From: a virus
Taxonomy: Duplodnaviria > Caudoviricetes
IMG/VR virus record: IMGVR_UViG_3300011008_000002
DNA: 64,000 bases
Direction: 5' to 3' (one strand)
The notes under the pieces are model-generated. The model saw only the letters and a program-made list of their open reading frames with translations. It made no database searches and had not been told where the DNA came from. Positions within the stretch are counted from its first letter, which is position 1, and each line of letters starts with the position of its first letter. Shown here one piece after another: positions 19,603 to 28,722 of this stretch. A program made the position numbers and the translations under genes.

Positions 19603-19897
19603 CCTTCTTAATCATACCTTCCACGTAATCAGGATTACTCTTGGCAAAATCTCCTACCTTAAGTAAATCCTGATACATAGACAACACGGCGTTCATATGG
19701 TTACTAATCAAAACATTGTCTTTCGCTTTTCCGTCTTGGTATTCACTCCATACCGCCGAGATTGCAGCCATTTCTTTATTCAAAAGAGTAATATAGTCTT
19801 CAGCGATGTTTCCAGTCATCGGTGGTAACTGCATTACCTCTTTAAGTAGTTTTTCATCGTCCTCTTTAGGTGCCATGTTCTTTGCATCGTTATTCAT
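19571..19897 (-). CDS. Hypothetical protein
   Basis: AAGGAGGT RBS. Confidence 0.8.
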   Translation of the reverse strand: MNNDAKNMAPKEDDEKLLKEVMQLPPMTGNIAEDYITLLNKEMAAISAVWSEYQDGKAKDNVLISNHMNAVLSMYQDLLKVGDFAKSNPDYVEGMIKKVEEMQNDSNK

Positions 19898-19911
19898 CGT
19901 TTATACCTCCT

Positions 19912-20664
19912 TTAATATAAATCGTCTAGTGTATCAATTGTTTTTTGTGGAAGTGGTGCTTTTACAAATTCGTTTTTATCAATATCCTTTTCTTCAGCAT
20001 CACCGAAAATACTTCGTCCATAAATCTTATTCGTTGTGGTTGGAGCTTTCTTACGTTCTTCCTCCGCAATTTTATTATCAACAGAAGCCTTAGATAATCC
20101 TATGAATGTTTGTAACAATGTAACACCTGATTGATAGATATCAATATGCTCAAACAAATCATAAAACCCTTCAAATTCTTCTACTGATAGATTACTCTGA
20201 TTTTCTTCTCTGTTAATTGTTATAATGACACTAGGATACACTACATTATGCCTATCCATTGTAGTGGATGGAGTAAATCTTATAAACTGACTCATCCCCA
20301 ATGAAATTAAAACTTCATCCCTGCTGTCATATACAACTTCTACGATTTTACCTCGTTCATCATAACGATATAAATCGTCCCTCTGAAAGTTTTTATAAAA
20401 TGACCGTAATCCTATTCTCAACTGATAGATATTCTGCTGAGTTATCACTACTTGATGATGTTTTTCCCAAGGTGTTTCTTTCGGTGTATATCTTATCACA
20501 ATATGAGATTTCGGATTAATTCTATAGAAATCACCCCTCTCATTTGAAAACTTTGAGAACGCATAGTTGCCGTTAGCGTCAACTATGGTTATCGAAAGTA
20601 AGACCAACAAAGTTTTTTCATTTGCTGGTATAGGTCCATATAGTTGACTACTAATCATTTGCAA
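19912..20664 (-). CDS. Hypothetical protein
   Basis: TTG start with RBS; acidic C-terminal tip DTLDDLY. Confidence 0.8.
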   Translation of the reverse strand: MQMISSQLYGPIPANEKTLLVLLSITIVDANGNYAFSKFSNERGDFYRINPKSHIVIRYTPKETPWEKHHQVVITQQNIYQLRIGLRSFYKNFQRDDLYRYDERGKIVEVVYDSRDEVLISLGMSQFIRFTPSTTMDRHNVVYPSVIITINREENQSNLSVEEFEGFYDLFEHIDIYQSGVTLLQTFIGLSKASVDNKIAEEERKKAPTTTNKIYGRSIFGDAEEKDIDKNEFVKAPLPQKTIDTLDDLY

Positions 20665-20686
20665 CCTGACTATCTCCTTTCTTCAG

Positions 20687-20971
20687 TCATAATTCCTCAA
20701 CCATTTTGTCCATCATATTCTTCATAACACGGTAATACCCATGCTTTTCAGCTTCTTTATATACCGCTTTATATTCCTTGGTATTGTCAGGTGGTCGTCT
20801 TGTACCATCATCACCAACAATCCAAAAGCATCCTGATGTCATATTGTATTCACTATCAGACATCTCTATCTCTATCCCTTCACGTTTCTTAGATAATTTA
20901 TCTACAAGTAATTTGAAAAGATTTGGTTTGAACAGCTCCTGCTCCTCTGAGTACACAAATGGATTTTTCAT
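20687..20971 (-). CDS. Hypothetical protein
   Basis: AAGGAG RBS; operonic. Confidence 0.75.
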   Translation of the reverse strand: MKNPFVYSEEQELFKPNLFKLLVDKLSKKREGIEIEMSDSEYNMTSGCFWIVGDDGTRRPPDNTKEYKAVYKEAEKHGYYRVMKNMMDKMVEEL

Positions 20972-21052
20972 ATGAACATCTCCTTTCTTGGTATTCAGAT
21001 ATAGGTCAGGGACGAAATCCCATAACCTATATCTGTAATTTTAATATCGTAG

Positions 21053-22711
21053 TTATTCCTTCTCCGATTTCATCAAATGGATGGATATATTATCTACAAA
21101 TTCCAGAGTATTGTTAAATTTCACCGGGTTTATTGTGATTGCTTCTTCATCCGGATTGTTCGTAATAACTCCGGTATCAATTAATAAGTTAAAGAAACCA
21201 TCCTCTGGTTCTGGTGGGGCACCTTTAAAGAACAGACCATCTGTCTCACATAACGGATTAATATAATTCGTAATACCGGGGTCAGATGCACTACAGGTAT
21301 CCAGTCCAAGTATTCCAATATGAGACGGATGTAACGCTCTTTGTCTTGCTGCAATATTCCTTGAATTCTTATTTCCAAGAGAGTTAGGTCCTTTCATTGT
21401 GACCTTAAACTTCTGGAAGATATTCAGGTCATTTACCAAATCATCATACTTCATCAGACCTGATGTATGGATTTTTGAAATCACTTCATTCCCCTTAAAT
21501 GAGAAGAAGTTCTTATACTTTGTAATCAATGCTTCTTTTGTGATAACCGACGTATTCACGAATTTCTTGATATGCTCGGATATAACCAAGTTAATCGTAA
21601 GCCCAATGTATTGATTACAACGAAGTCTCTTACAAAGAATATCAAGGTTATCTTTACTCCGTAATGCATCATAGTTCTGGCATATCCAGCGGATAAGATT
21701 ATAAATCGTATCCTTATTGTGCTCTGTTGTCCTTAATGTCTTCTTGGAAGACTTATCTTGCATACGAGTAAATAATGTCTGATATCTATGCCCAAGTTCA
21801 TTGTGAGCTTCTTTCTTCGCCGTCTTTTTAGTGGCTCCAATCTTAGTTACCCAAGCTTCTTTATCCTCAAGCTCTTCAAATGAAGTCCTCGGCTGAATTG
21901 TTTCCACAATAGTTCCGACAATGTTCCGAATATATTCAGAAGCAAAGAATGCAGATTTGTCTACTTCAATATAAATAGACTTATTACACTCAATATACAT
22001 CATTGTTGGATGTGTTCCATTTTCATCTATTTCTGATACTGGGAGTACTGCCATAAACTCGCCTACATTAAAATATTCCAAGGTATCGTTCAAACCGAAC
22101 TTCGCAAAATAATAAAGGAATATATTCACGAACTCATCCATCATATAAGCATGGAATGCATGAACATTATAAATTTCCCCATCTTTCGTATGAACTTCAA
22201 CGATGACCTTTTTTACTTTAATAGGCATCAAAGACTTCATTACCAGATTGCTACTGGTAACATAGGTTGATGTTTCAGTAAGCTGATATTGAGGGGTATA
22301 GTTTACTCCCTTTAGTAGTAACTTCCCGTGTTCATCAGGAATTGGTATCAATTCCTTCACTGTGAAATCTAACGATATAGGGCTATCCTCAAACTTATCA
22401 TCTACGTGAAATTTCATAATAAGTTCACCAACCCTGCTCTGTTGTACATAAGCGAACTTTTGTCTCTTGTCCGCCTGTTTCTTGGAACGGATTCTTTCAT
22501 AAGAACTCATTTCCATCTTATCGACATCAATGATGAATTGCGAACCCACAAACGTGATTGTATCGAGTACATCATGAATGGATGCGAAACATTCTGTTAC
22601 GTACGTTTCTATTGGTTCCTCGAATTCACGGTTCATGAGAGGCTTATTAATTCTTTCTTCATCGGGATTTTTGTAGTGCTCGAAAATACGATGAATCATA
22701 TAGTCCTCCAT
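21053..22711 (-). CDS. rpoB: Phage multisubunit RNA polymerase beta subunit, N-terminal part (probably non-virion RNAP)
   Basis: IP..G.LLLKG....QYQL segment, KGPNSL, and RALHPSHIG.......SDPG matching beta RDVH.THYGR...PEG.NIG. Confidence 0.85.
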   Translation of the reverse strand: MEDYMIHRIFEHYKNPDEERINKPLMNREFEEPIETYVTECFASIHDVLDTITFVGSQFIIDVDKMEMSSYERIRSKKQADKRQKFAYVQQSRVGELIMKFHVDDKFEDSPISLDFTVKELIPIPDEHGKLLLKGVNYTPQYQLTETSTYVTSSNLVMKSLMPIKVKKVIVEVHTKDGEIYNVHAFHAYMMDEFVNIFLYYFAKFGLNDTLEYFNVGEFMAVLPVSEIDENGTHPTMMYIECNKSIYIEVDKSAFFASEYIRNIVGTIVETIQPRTSFEELEDKEAWVTKIGATKKTAKKEAHNELGHRYQTLFTRMQDKSSKKTLRTTEHNKDTIYNLIRWICQNYDALRSKDNLDILCKRLRCNQYIGLTINLVISEHIKKFVNTSVITKEALITKYKNFFSFKGNEVISKIHTSGLMKYDDLVNDLNIFQKFKVTMKGPNSLGNKNSRNIAARQRALHPSHIGILGLDTCSASDPGITNYINPLCETDGLFFKGAPPEPEDGFFNLLIDTGVITNNPDEEAITINPVKFNNTLEFVDNISIHLMKSEKE

Positions 22712-22777
22712 TTCCTCATTCTTTTAAGTTTGACCAAAAAAGATACCGGGAACAAAATTCCCGATATCTCTTTCAAA

Positions 22778-23050
22778 TCATCCAACTGTAACCGTATGAT
22801 AACCTTTCTTCTTGAATGTCAAGTCTTCAACAGACTTGATTAACTTAATAGGTATTTCACACGTTGCCCCATCTGCATTTACACACCTAATACGTTGGTT
22901 ATCAGTGGAATCTCCAATCACCCGGAGATTTTTATATACTGCCCCGTTAGTGCAATTCAGGGTTACTTCCGCATCGTTCTCGATTGTGTATTTCGTCTTT
23001 TTCGTATCTTCTTTTATATAGAAGACGATTGCGATTCCTCTACTTGCCAT
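22778..23050 (-). CDS. Small hypothetical protein
   Basis: AAGGAGG RBS; late promoter motif at 23072-23084. Confidence 0.75.
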   Translation of the reverse strand: MASRGIAIVFYIKEDTKKTKYTIENDAEVTLNCTNGAVYKNLRVIGDSTDNQRIRCVNADGATCEIPIKLIKSVEDLTFKKKGYHTVTVG

Positions 23051-23071
23051 ACCGGAACCTCCTTTCTTGAT

Positions 23072-23084
23072 TTATCTTACTGTG
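23072..23084 (-). promoter_or_regulatory. Late promoter motif (CACA variant)
   Basis: Minus strand CACAgtaagaTAA. Confidence 0.55.
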
Positions 23085-23093
23085 CGTAACCAC

Positions 23094-23879
23094 TTAATCC
23101 TCTGTCAGATCATCGCCCTTGGCATTGTCCTTCTTGAATATCTGGTTAGGAGTGATTGATAACACATAATCAACAGGGTCGTCCTCGTCCAAACCACCTT
23201 CCTTGGTAATGGCAATCTTAATCAAATCAGCGAAGTTAATTTCAACGCCAATCTCGCCATCATCTTTGTGATCAACGAGCCATTTCCTTGTTTCCCTGAA
23301 GAAGTGAACAAATACCAACGGCAGTAACCACCAACTCTCTGGAGTCGTGAGGATACCATAATTCGAAAGTTCATTCCATGCAATCGTAGAGATATCTTTA
23401 ATTTCATCGCGGTTATCATAGAACTGAATTGGAAGCCCTTCACACTTCTCACTCTCTAATATATTTGCAATGTCAAGCGGAACCTCATCCCTATACGGAA
23501 GATTAATATTCTCATACTTGAATTCACTCCTGCACCGAATTACTGGAGTGAGATTTCCGAGCTTATCGCCGTCATTCGTCGCCATATACTGAACACCGAG
23601 TTCCATCACGTCACCAAGAATAACATTGGACTCACCCTGCTTCATCGCATCGGTTTTGCTTAGCTTGGTGAACGAAGCCTTGATGAACTCAATGACCATT
23701 CTGGGAATTGCTTCCCATACTTTAAGTTTCTTGAGGTTCGGGATATTCTCATTGAGGTAGTTCTGGGTCTCTTGAGAAATCTCCCTAATCTCTTTCCTGT
23801 TATCAGAGATATCGAGAAGAGGATACTTCCTTGCTCTCTCAACCCCTGCCTGATGAATCTTTTCTTCTAGCGTTGTCAT
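23094..23879 (-). CDS. Hypothetical protein with internal duplication, possibly HU/IHF-like
   Basis: DNRKEIREIS...W..IP....F versus DNRDEIKDIS...WLLP....F; RBS; early promoter. Confidence 0.7.
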   Translation of the reverse strand: MTTLEEKIHQAGVERARKYPLLDISDNRKEIREISQETQNYLNENIPNLKKLKVWEAIPRMVIEFIKASFTKLSKTDAMKQGESNVILGDVMELGVQYMATNDGDKLGNLTPVIRCRSEFKYENINLPYRDEVPLDIANILESEKCEGLPIQFYDNRDEIKDISTIAWNELSNYGILTTPESWWLLPLVFVHFFRETRKWLVDHKDDGEIGVEINFADLIKIAITKEGGLDEDDPVDYVLSITPNQIFKKDNAKGDDLTED

Positions 23880-23927
23880 TTTCCTAATTCCTCCTGTATG
23901 TTATTTTACTTCTTACGAAGCTACGTA

Positions 23928-23938
23928 CTTAATATAGC
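23928..23938 (-). promoter_or_regulatory. Early promoter motif variant
   Basis: Minus strand GCTATATTAAG. Confidence 0.55.
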
Positions 23939-23986
23939 AACGATTATTTATCTGTCAAATATCTAATAAAATCTTAGATACCCGAT

Positions 23987-24841
23987 TTACTCGTAGTATG
24001 TTGTGAATGTATCGACAACAACTTCAGGTTCTTTTGAAAGCGAGATATACCTTAGTCTATTTATTGTCTCTTTATTTTCGTTCGGTAGATAGACTTTATG
24101 GATTAAATTTACGAAATCATCTGTTTCTTTATCCTCATGATATTTGACCAGTGCTCGCCCCGTATACAATCGTTGAATATCCATATCGTATGGTAACTTG
24201 ATTGCCCCTAATAGTTGAACTAACACATGATTGAAGAACACATCCATACACCATATATCCTCTATATTGACAATACCATCGTTCAATAAGGATGTTATAT
24301 CTTGATACTTTGAACGAGATATCATCATGCCCTTAGTAAAGTAAGCTAGGCGGCATAATAACTCATGAAAATTCGACCCCGCACACAAATCGTACGGGGT
24401 GATTGTTAATGCTGGAATAGCGCGGGCTCTATTTATTTTTCTCCAGCCTTTAGTAATTTCTGTCCGAACGTCTTTTGTAACGTTATATAATTTCTCCGCA
24501 TCGCCTTCATAGGTATATTTAGCTATAACGTTTGCAGTAATACCATAAACTGCAAGCATTGACGGATCATTTGATGGAGTTTCTGTTATGGTTAGTACTT
24601 CCACTCTAGGGACATGAATAGAGTAAAACGATTCCGTATCAGCATCATACATAAAGAATATCATTGGGGCTGCACCAATTGCAAACTTATTAAACTCCGA
24701 AGTAAACAGTTGCAGGTTATTGATATCAATCCCATCTGTATTGTAATTTTTGAATAATCCATAGCATTCTGCTGTAAATACGGATATCATACGTTGATAA
24801 GTTTCCGTTGAAAGTTGTCTTAATCTTTCATTCTCGTTCAT
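23987..24841 (-). CDS. Hypothetical protein
   Basis: Overlaps the ligase stop, suggesting translational coupling. Confidence 0.75.
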   Translation of the reverse strand: MNENERLRQLSTETYQRMISVFTAECYGLFKNYNTDGIDINNLQLFTSEFNKFAIGAAPMIFFMYDADTESFYSIHVPRVEVLTITETPSNDPSMLAVYGITANVIAKYTYEGDAEKLYNVTKDVRTEITKGWRKINRARAIPALTITPYDLCAGSNFHELLCRLAYFTKGMMISRSKYQDITSLLNDGIVNIEDIWCMDVFFNHVLVQLLGAIKLPYDMDIQRLYTGRALVKYHEDKETDDFVNLIHKVYLPNENKETINRLRYISLSKEPEVVVDTFTTYYE

Positions 24842-27095
24842 AACCCCATTTCTCCTCTGCCTCTGATAATTTTATCATAGGTTTTTCCCATTTCTCAGCA
24901 TTTTTCATTTTAGTGGAAGGTTTCTCAAGAGGCTCATCCGGTATTATAAGATAATCAATTGTCTTATTAAACGTATCGGAAACCTTGATTGAGATACTCT
25001 CCAAATACTTTTCAAATTCGTCTGTGTTCTTTGTTGATGTGAAACAAACCGACGCTTTATATTCCTTAGGTTTCCCATATGGTTTGATGGAGATATTACT
25101 ACAAACATCTTCTATCAAATCCATTTTACGTTCAATTCCATCGACCACCATACGAGATATTTTCGAACCAATACCAGGAATATTATTCATTGGGATGATA
25201 AGTTCTTCCAAATTTCCCAAGTTCCCAAGAACATTGAGCTTCTGACATATTTTCTCCATAGTCTTTAATCCAACACCAGGAATTCCAATAGCTCCTAATA
25301 CTTGGTGAGGATATAATTCTCTCACGTTTGAAATTCCTGATATCAAATTATCTACTGAAAGCTCTCCGAACCTTGGAATGTTATACAATTCCTCTTTATG
25401 TCGGTTTAGACGATATAAATCACCAATGCTATTAAGGAAACCTTTTTCTACTAACAACTCTACTGTCTCGATACCAAATCCACCACGGATATCAAGTTTC
25501 TTAACATAATTAAGAATATGACCGACTACTTTGGCGGGGCAATCTGGGTTTGTACAAACCTCATCCTTAACTTCTGCCCCACATATTGGACACTCTGTTG
25601 GAAACTTGATTGTATCACCAACTCCAGGTTTGCAGGATGAATTCTTAAATATAGAAGGAATGATATCATATCTGATTATGACTTCATCCCCTCTACGAAG
25701 ATGTAATCTCTCAAGTTTTTCCTTATTGGATACCGTCACATTGCTGATTGTATTACCATTAATAACGATTGGCTTTAATCTTGCAACGGGTGTAATTCTT
25801 CCTGCAACCGGACCAACTTGAAAATCAACATCTTCTATGATAGTTTTCTCTTCTCCTGCTGGAAACTTGAACGCTATTTGGAACATATTCTTGTCGTCCT
25901 TACGACCAAGAATATCAATCATCTTCAAATCACAGAATGTAACAACCGCTCCGTCAAATGGGATTTGACTCTTTGCAGTCTCTTCCTTAAGCTTTGTTAT
26001 CGCTTGTCCTATTCTGATGATTACATTATCTGCATCATTCAAATTTAACATCATCGGGGTTGCTTGTGTGAATAGATACTGGTATCTGTTGTTAATCCGT
26101 CCTGCATAAAACCACTGACCCTTATACGTTGCTCCTTTGAACTCCATAGGATTAACTGATGCAATCTGAAAGTTTTGCATTGTCAGATACTTGTTAAGTC
26201 CACTTGCAACATCTTCGGATACTTCAATATCTTCAGCAAGTTGGTTACAAATGGATACTACAGCAGAACGTCTATTACATCTATTGATATCAAAGTCTTT
26301 CTTATATGCATTATAATTATCAGATAACATATAAGTCTCTACTTTTATACCATATTCGTTTCCCTCTTCATAAACCAAATCATTGAGGGAAGTAATTGAC
26401 ATATCTTTTATCATTTTATGGAAATCAACATCATCTCCATCCTTCGGATAAAACTTTCCAAATAATTTGATGAGGTCTTTACCTAAGTTCATCTCAACCT
26501 TTCCTCTTGTGAGGATATGTTGGACTTCATCGTCTTTCATTTCAATGATATGAGATACGCCATCATATTTTATATCTACAATGACAGGAATTTCACTTAT
26601 ATCAAGTCTAGCTGCCCTTGCCTGCTTTATAATATTTCTTATATATCGTTCCAAACTTTTCCTACTGTCCCGTTTTGGAACTTCATTGTCCCATAAGAAA
26701 TGAGCTTTTGGTAAAGAGCCTCTTAACTCTGGAAACTTGTGAGGATGTTCATCAATACCAATTACGTTAGAAGACGGAGTTCCTATAATATGATCTCCGA
26801 ATAAATTGATTATCTTCTCTACAAGTTTATCATAAAGCTCATCTGAAATTATTGCAGGAATATCCATTTCATTCTCAATATATGAACACAACTCAACGAA
26901 CCATCTCAATATATCTTGATAAGACGTTTCCTTTTCAACTTCATCAGGAAGATAGTTGTATTCTAATAGATATTCTGCTATCCCTTCTGCATCATCCTTA
27001 ATACGATAGACTAATTCTTCGACCACTTCAGTCATTTCATTCGAGATACAATTATGAATAGAAGTGATTATGTCCACCATTCTTTTTGTAAGCAT
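24828..27095 (-). CDS. ligA: NAD-dependent DNA ligase
   Basis: ISDELYD, KYDG, TRG, FDG, AFKF, QVG..GRITPVA, Zn finger CPICG..C.N..C, HhH GIPGVG and BRCT-like end. Start moved to the ATG after AAGGAGGT. Confidence 0.95.
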   Translation of the reverse strand: MLTKRMVDIITSIHNCISNEMTEVVEELVYRIKDDAEGIAEYLLEYNYLPDEVEKETSYQDILRWFVELCSYIENEMDIPAIISDELYDKLVEKIINLFGDHIIGTPSSNVIGIDEHPHKFPELRGSLPKAHFLWDNEVPKRDSRKSLERYIRNIIKQARAARLDISEIPVIVDIKYDGVSHIIEMKDDEVQHILTRGKVEMNLGKDLIKLFGKFYPKDGDDVDFHKMIKDMSITSLNDLVYEEGNEYGIKVETYMLSDNYNAYKKDFDINRCNRRSAVVSICNQLAEDIEVSEDVASGLNKYLTMQNFQIASVNPMEFKGATYKGQWFYAGRINNRYQYLFTQATPMMLNLNDADNVIIRIGQAITKLKEETAKSQIPFDGAVVTFCDLKMIDILGRKDDKNMFQIAFKFPAGEEKTIIEDVDFQVGPVAGRITPVARLKPIVINGNTISNVTVSNKEKLERLHLRRGDEVIIRYDIIPSIFKNSSCKPGVGDTIKFPTECPICGAEVKDEVCTNPDCPAKVVGHILNYVKKLDIRGGFGIETVELLVEKGFLNSIGDLYRLNRHKEELYNIPRFGELSVDNLISGISNVRELYPHQVLGAIGIPGVGLKTMEKICQKLNVLGNLGNLEELIIPMNNIPGIGSKISRMVVDGIERKMDLIEDVCSNISIKPYGKPKEYKASVCFTSTKNTDEFEKYLESISIKVSDTFNKTIDYLIIPDEPLEKPSTKMKNAEKWEKPMIKLSEAEEKWGYERE

Positions 27096-27161
27096 AAAAT
27101 ACACCTCCTTAGTTTAGTGTCAACGAAGTAATATATATTTAAAAAGTCCATACGAATACAA

Positions 27162-27200
27162 AAAATAACAGGTGGGAACCCATCACCCGCCTGTTATTTT
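27162..27200. terminator. Intrinsic terminator
   Basis: AAAATAACAGGTGGG/CCCGCCTGTTATTTT inverted repeat. Confidence 0.75.
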
Positions 27201-27207
27201 CTTATCC

Positions 27208-28560
27208 TCAAGCCGCTGCCAGTTTCTTAAGGCCATCCTCCAACACGCCCTCACTGTTGTTCCGCATGAAGAGCTCAGTAAGGTTCGTTTCAGCTTTCTC
27301 TCCCTTCGGAAACACTCTGTTTCCTTCCTCGATTAAAGATTTCGTCGTATCCACGACGCTCCTCTTATCGTAGCAAAGCTTGCTGACAAACTGAATAAAA
27401 CCCTTAGTAACTTCAATATCGCTTTCTCCAGGTCTATTCCCAAACGGATTCTCAGCCAGTGTCTTAGCAAACCTAAAGGCGTAATCAGGTGTACCGTACA
27501 ATGCCAATACCACCTGATATACTGCGTTCATCGCAATCACAGCGTCCCCGCTGTTCATGTCATCGTTACTTGCTACAATTGATGCCGCAGCGAGAACCAC
27601 ATCATTAACCAGTTTAGGTTTTACCACGTTGGGCATAATACCCAACAAAACCTGCTGGACGTCATATATATCATTTGACATCTCAACCTTCTCCGTGATT
27701 CCCGTTACCACCTCCCCAATAGTTTCTTTGATTACAGGACGGATGATTTCGCCACCTTCCATCCTCTTGTCATCCATGTCGAATGCCTTGACGAATCGAA
27801 TCAACTTATCGAAGTCGATCGTGCCATTGCGGAGAATCTCACTTACCGTAATCTCCGTAGACTTAGGAGTGGTATCCGCGTTAGATTCTTCAGTAGTTGA
27901 GGCATTAGCCGTAGCTTTCGTTGCTTCGCCGTCTTCGGAGTGATGTGCCGCAGCTTCAGGCGGAATCACGTCAACATCGACAGGGTTGCCACTTTCATCA
28001 ACGGCTTTCCCTGCATTGCTTTCCTTATTATCAGAAAGATACGCACCAACGAATGTCTTGAACGACATAGCCACAGATGTGTCGAACAAGACCTTTTTGA
28101 TCTCATCATCATTAAGTTCGGCTAATCCGAGAGCCTTGGTATCCTCGATATCTGACGTATCAGTAGTATCCAACTGATCCATCACTTTGGTATTGAGGGT
28201 GAACAATCTCTTGAATTCGTTCAGCACAACCTCAACACGCTGAGCGGTACCTTTACGGGTTCCCGCTTCTGTCGATGCCTTGTCATCCTTGGCGTAGGCG
28301 TCAATCGCCTTTGCCAGAATGTCAACAAGTTCAATGGTGATTTCGTTTCCGAAGTCTGGCTTATCGACAATGTCAGCTCCGATCATATCAGCCACGAACT
28401 TAGCAACCGTACCTTTGCCAGTGGTCTTGGTATCGTTCAGCACCCACTTCGTTGCGTTCTTGGTGAACTCCTTCGTGGTAAAGTGCTTCATGAACGTCTT
28501 CAAGTTCTTGTTGTCGCTGTTAGCGATTACATCATCCAACACCTTAAATTCCTTACTCAT
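27208..28560 (-). CDS. Hypothetical early protein with strong codon bias
   Basis: Start moved to MSKEFK after AAGGAGG; own promoter (28640) and terminator (27162). Confidence 0.8.
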   Translation of the reverse strand: MSKEFKVLDDVIANSDNKNLKTFMKHFTTKEFTKNATKWVLNDTKTTGKGTVAKFVADMIGADIVDKPDFGNEITIELVDILAKAIDAYAKDDKASTEAGTRKGTAQRVEVVLNEFKRLFTLNTKVMDQLDTTDTSDIEDTKALGLAELNDDEIKKVLFDTSVAMSFKTFVGAYLSDNKESNAGKAVDESGNPVDVDVIPPEAAAHHSEDGEATKATANASTTEESNADTTPKSTEITVSEILRNGTIDFDKLIRFVKAFDMDDKRMEGGEIIRPVIKETIGEVVTGITEKVEMSNDIYDVQQVLLGIMPNVVKPKLVNDVVLAAASIVASNDDMNSGDAVIAMNAVYQVVLALYGTPDYAFRFAKTLAENPFGNRPGESDIEVTKGFIQFVSKLCYDKRSVVDTTKSLIEEGNRVFPKGEKAETNLTELFMRNNSEGVLEDGLKKLAAA

Positions 28561-28639
28561 AATTCTTATCCTCCTTTTCATGAGTGAATTTGTTTTACCT
28601 AGGAACATAGAATTTTACATTCTCAGTTGTATCTAATGT

Positions 28640-28650
28640 TTTAATATAGT
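28640..28650 (-). promoter_or_regulatory. Early promoter motif ACTATATTAAA
   Basis: Exact consensus. Confidence 0.65.
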
Positions 28651-28722
28651 AGTAAAAATCTTACCAAACAGAATTTGGAGAATGAGTGGTTTTTCATCAA
28701 CTCATTCTCCAAAAATATCTTA

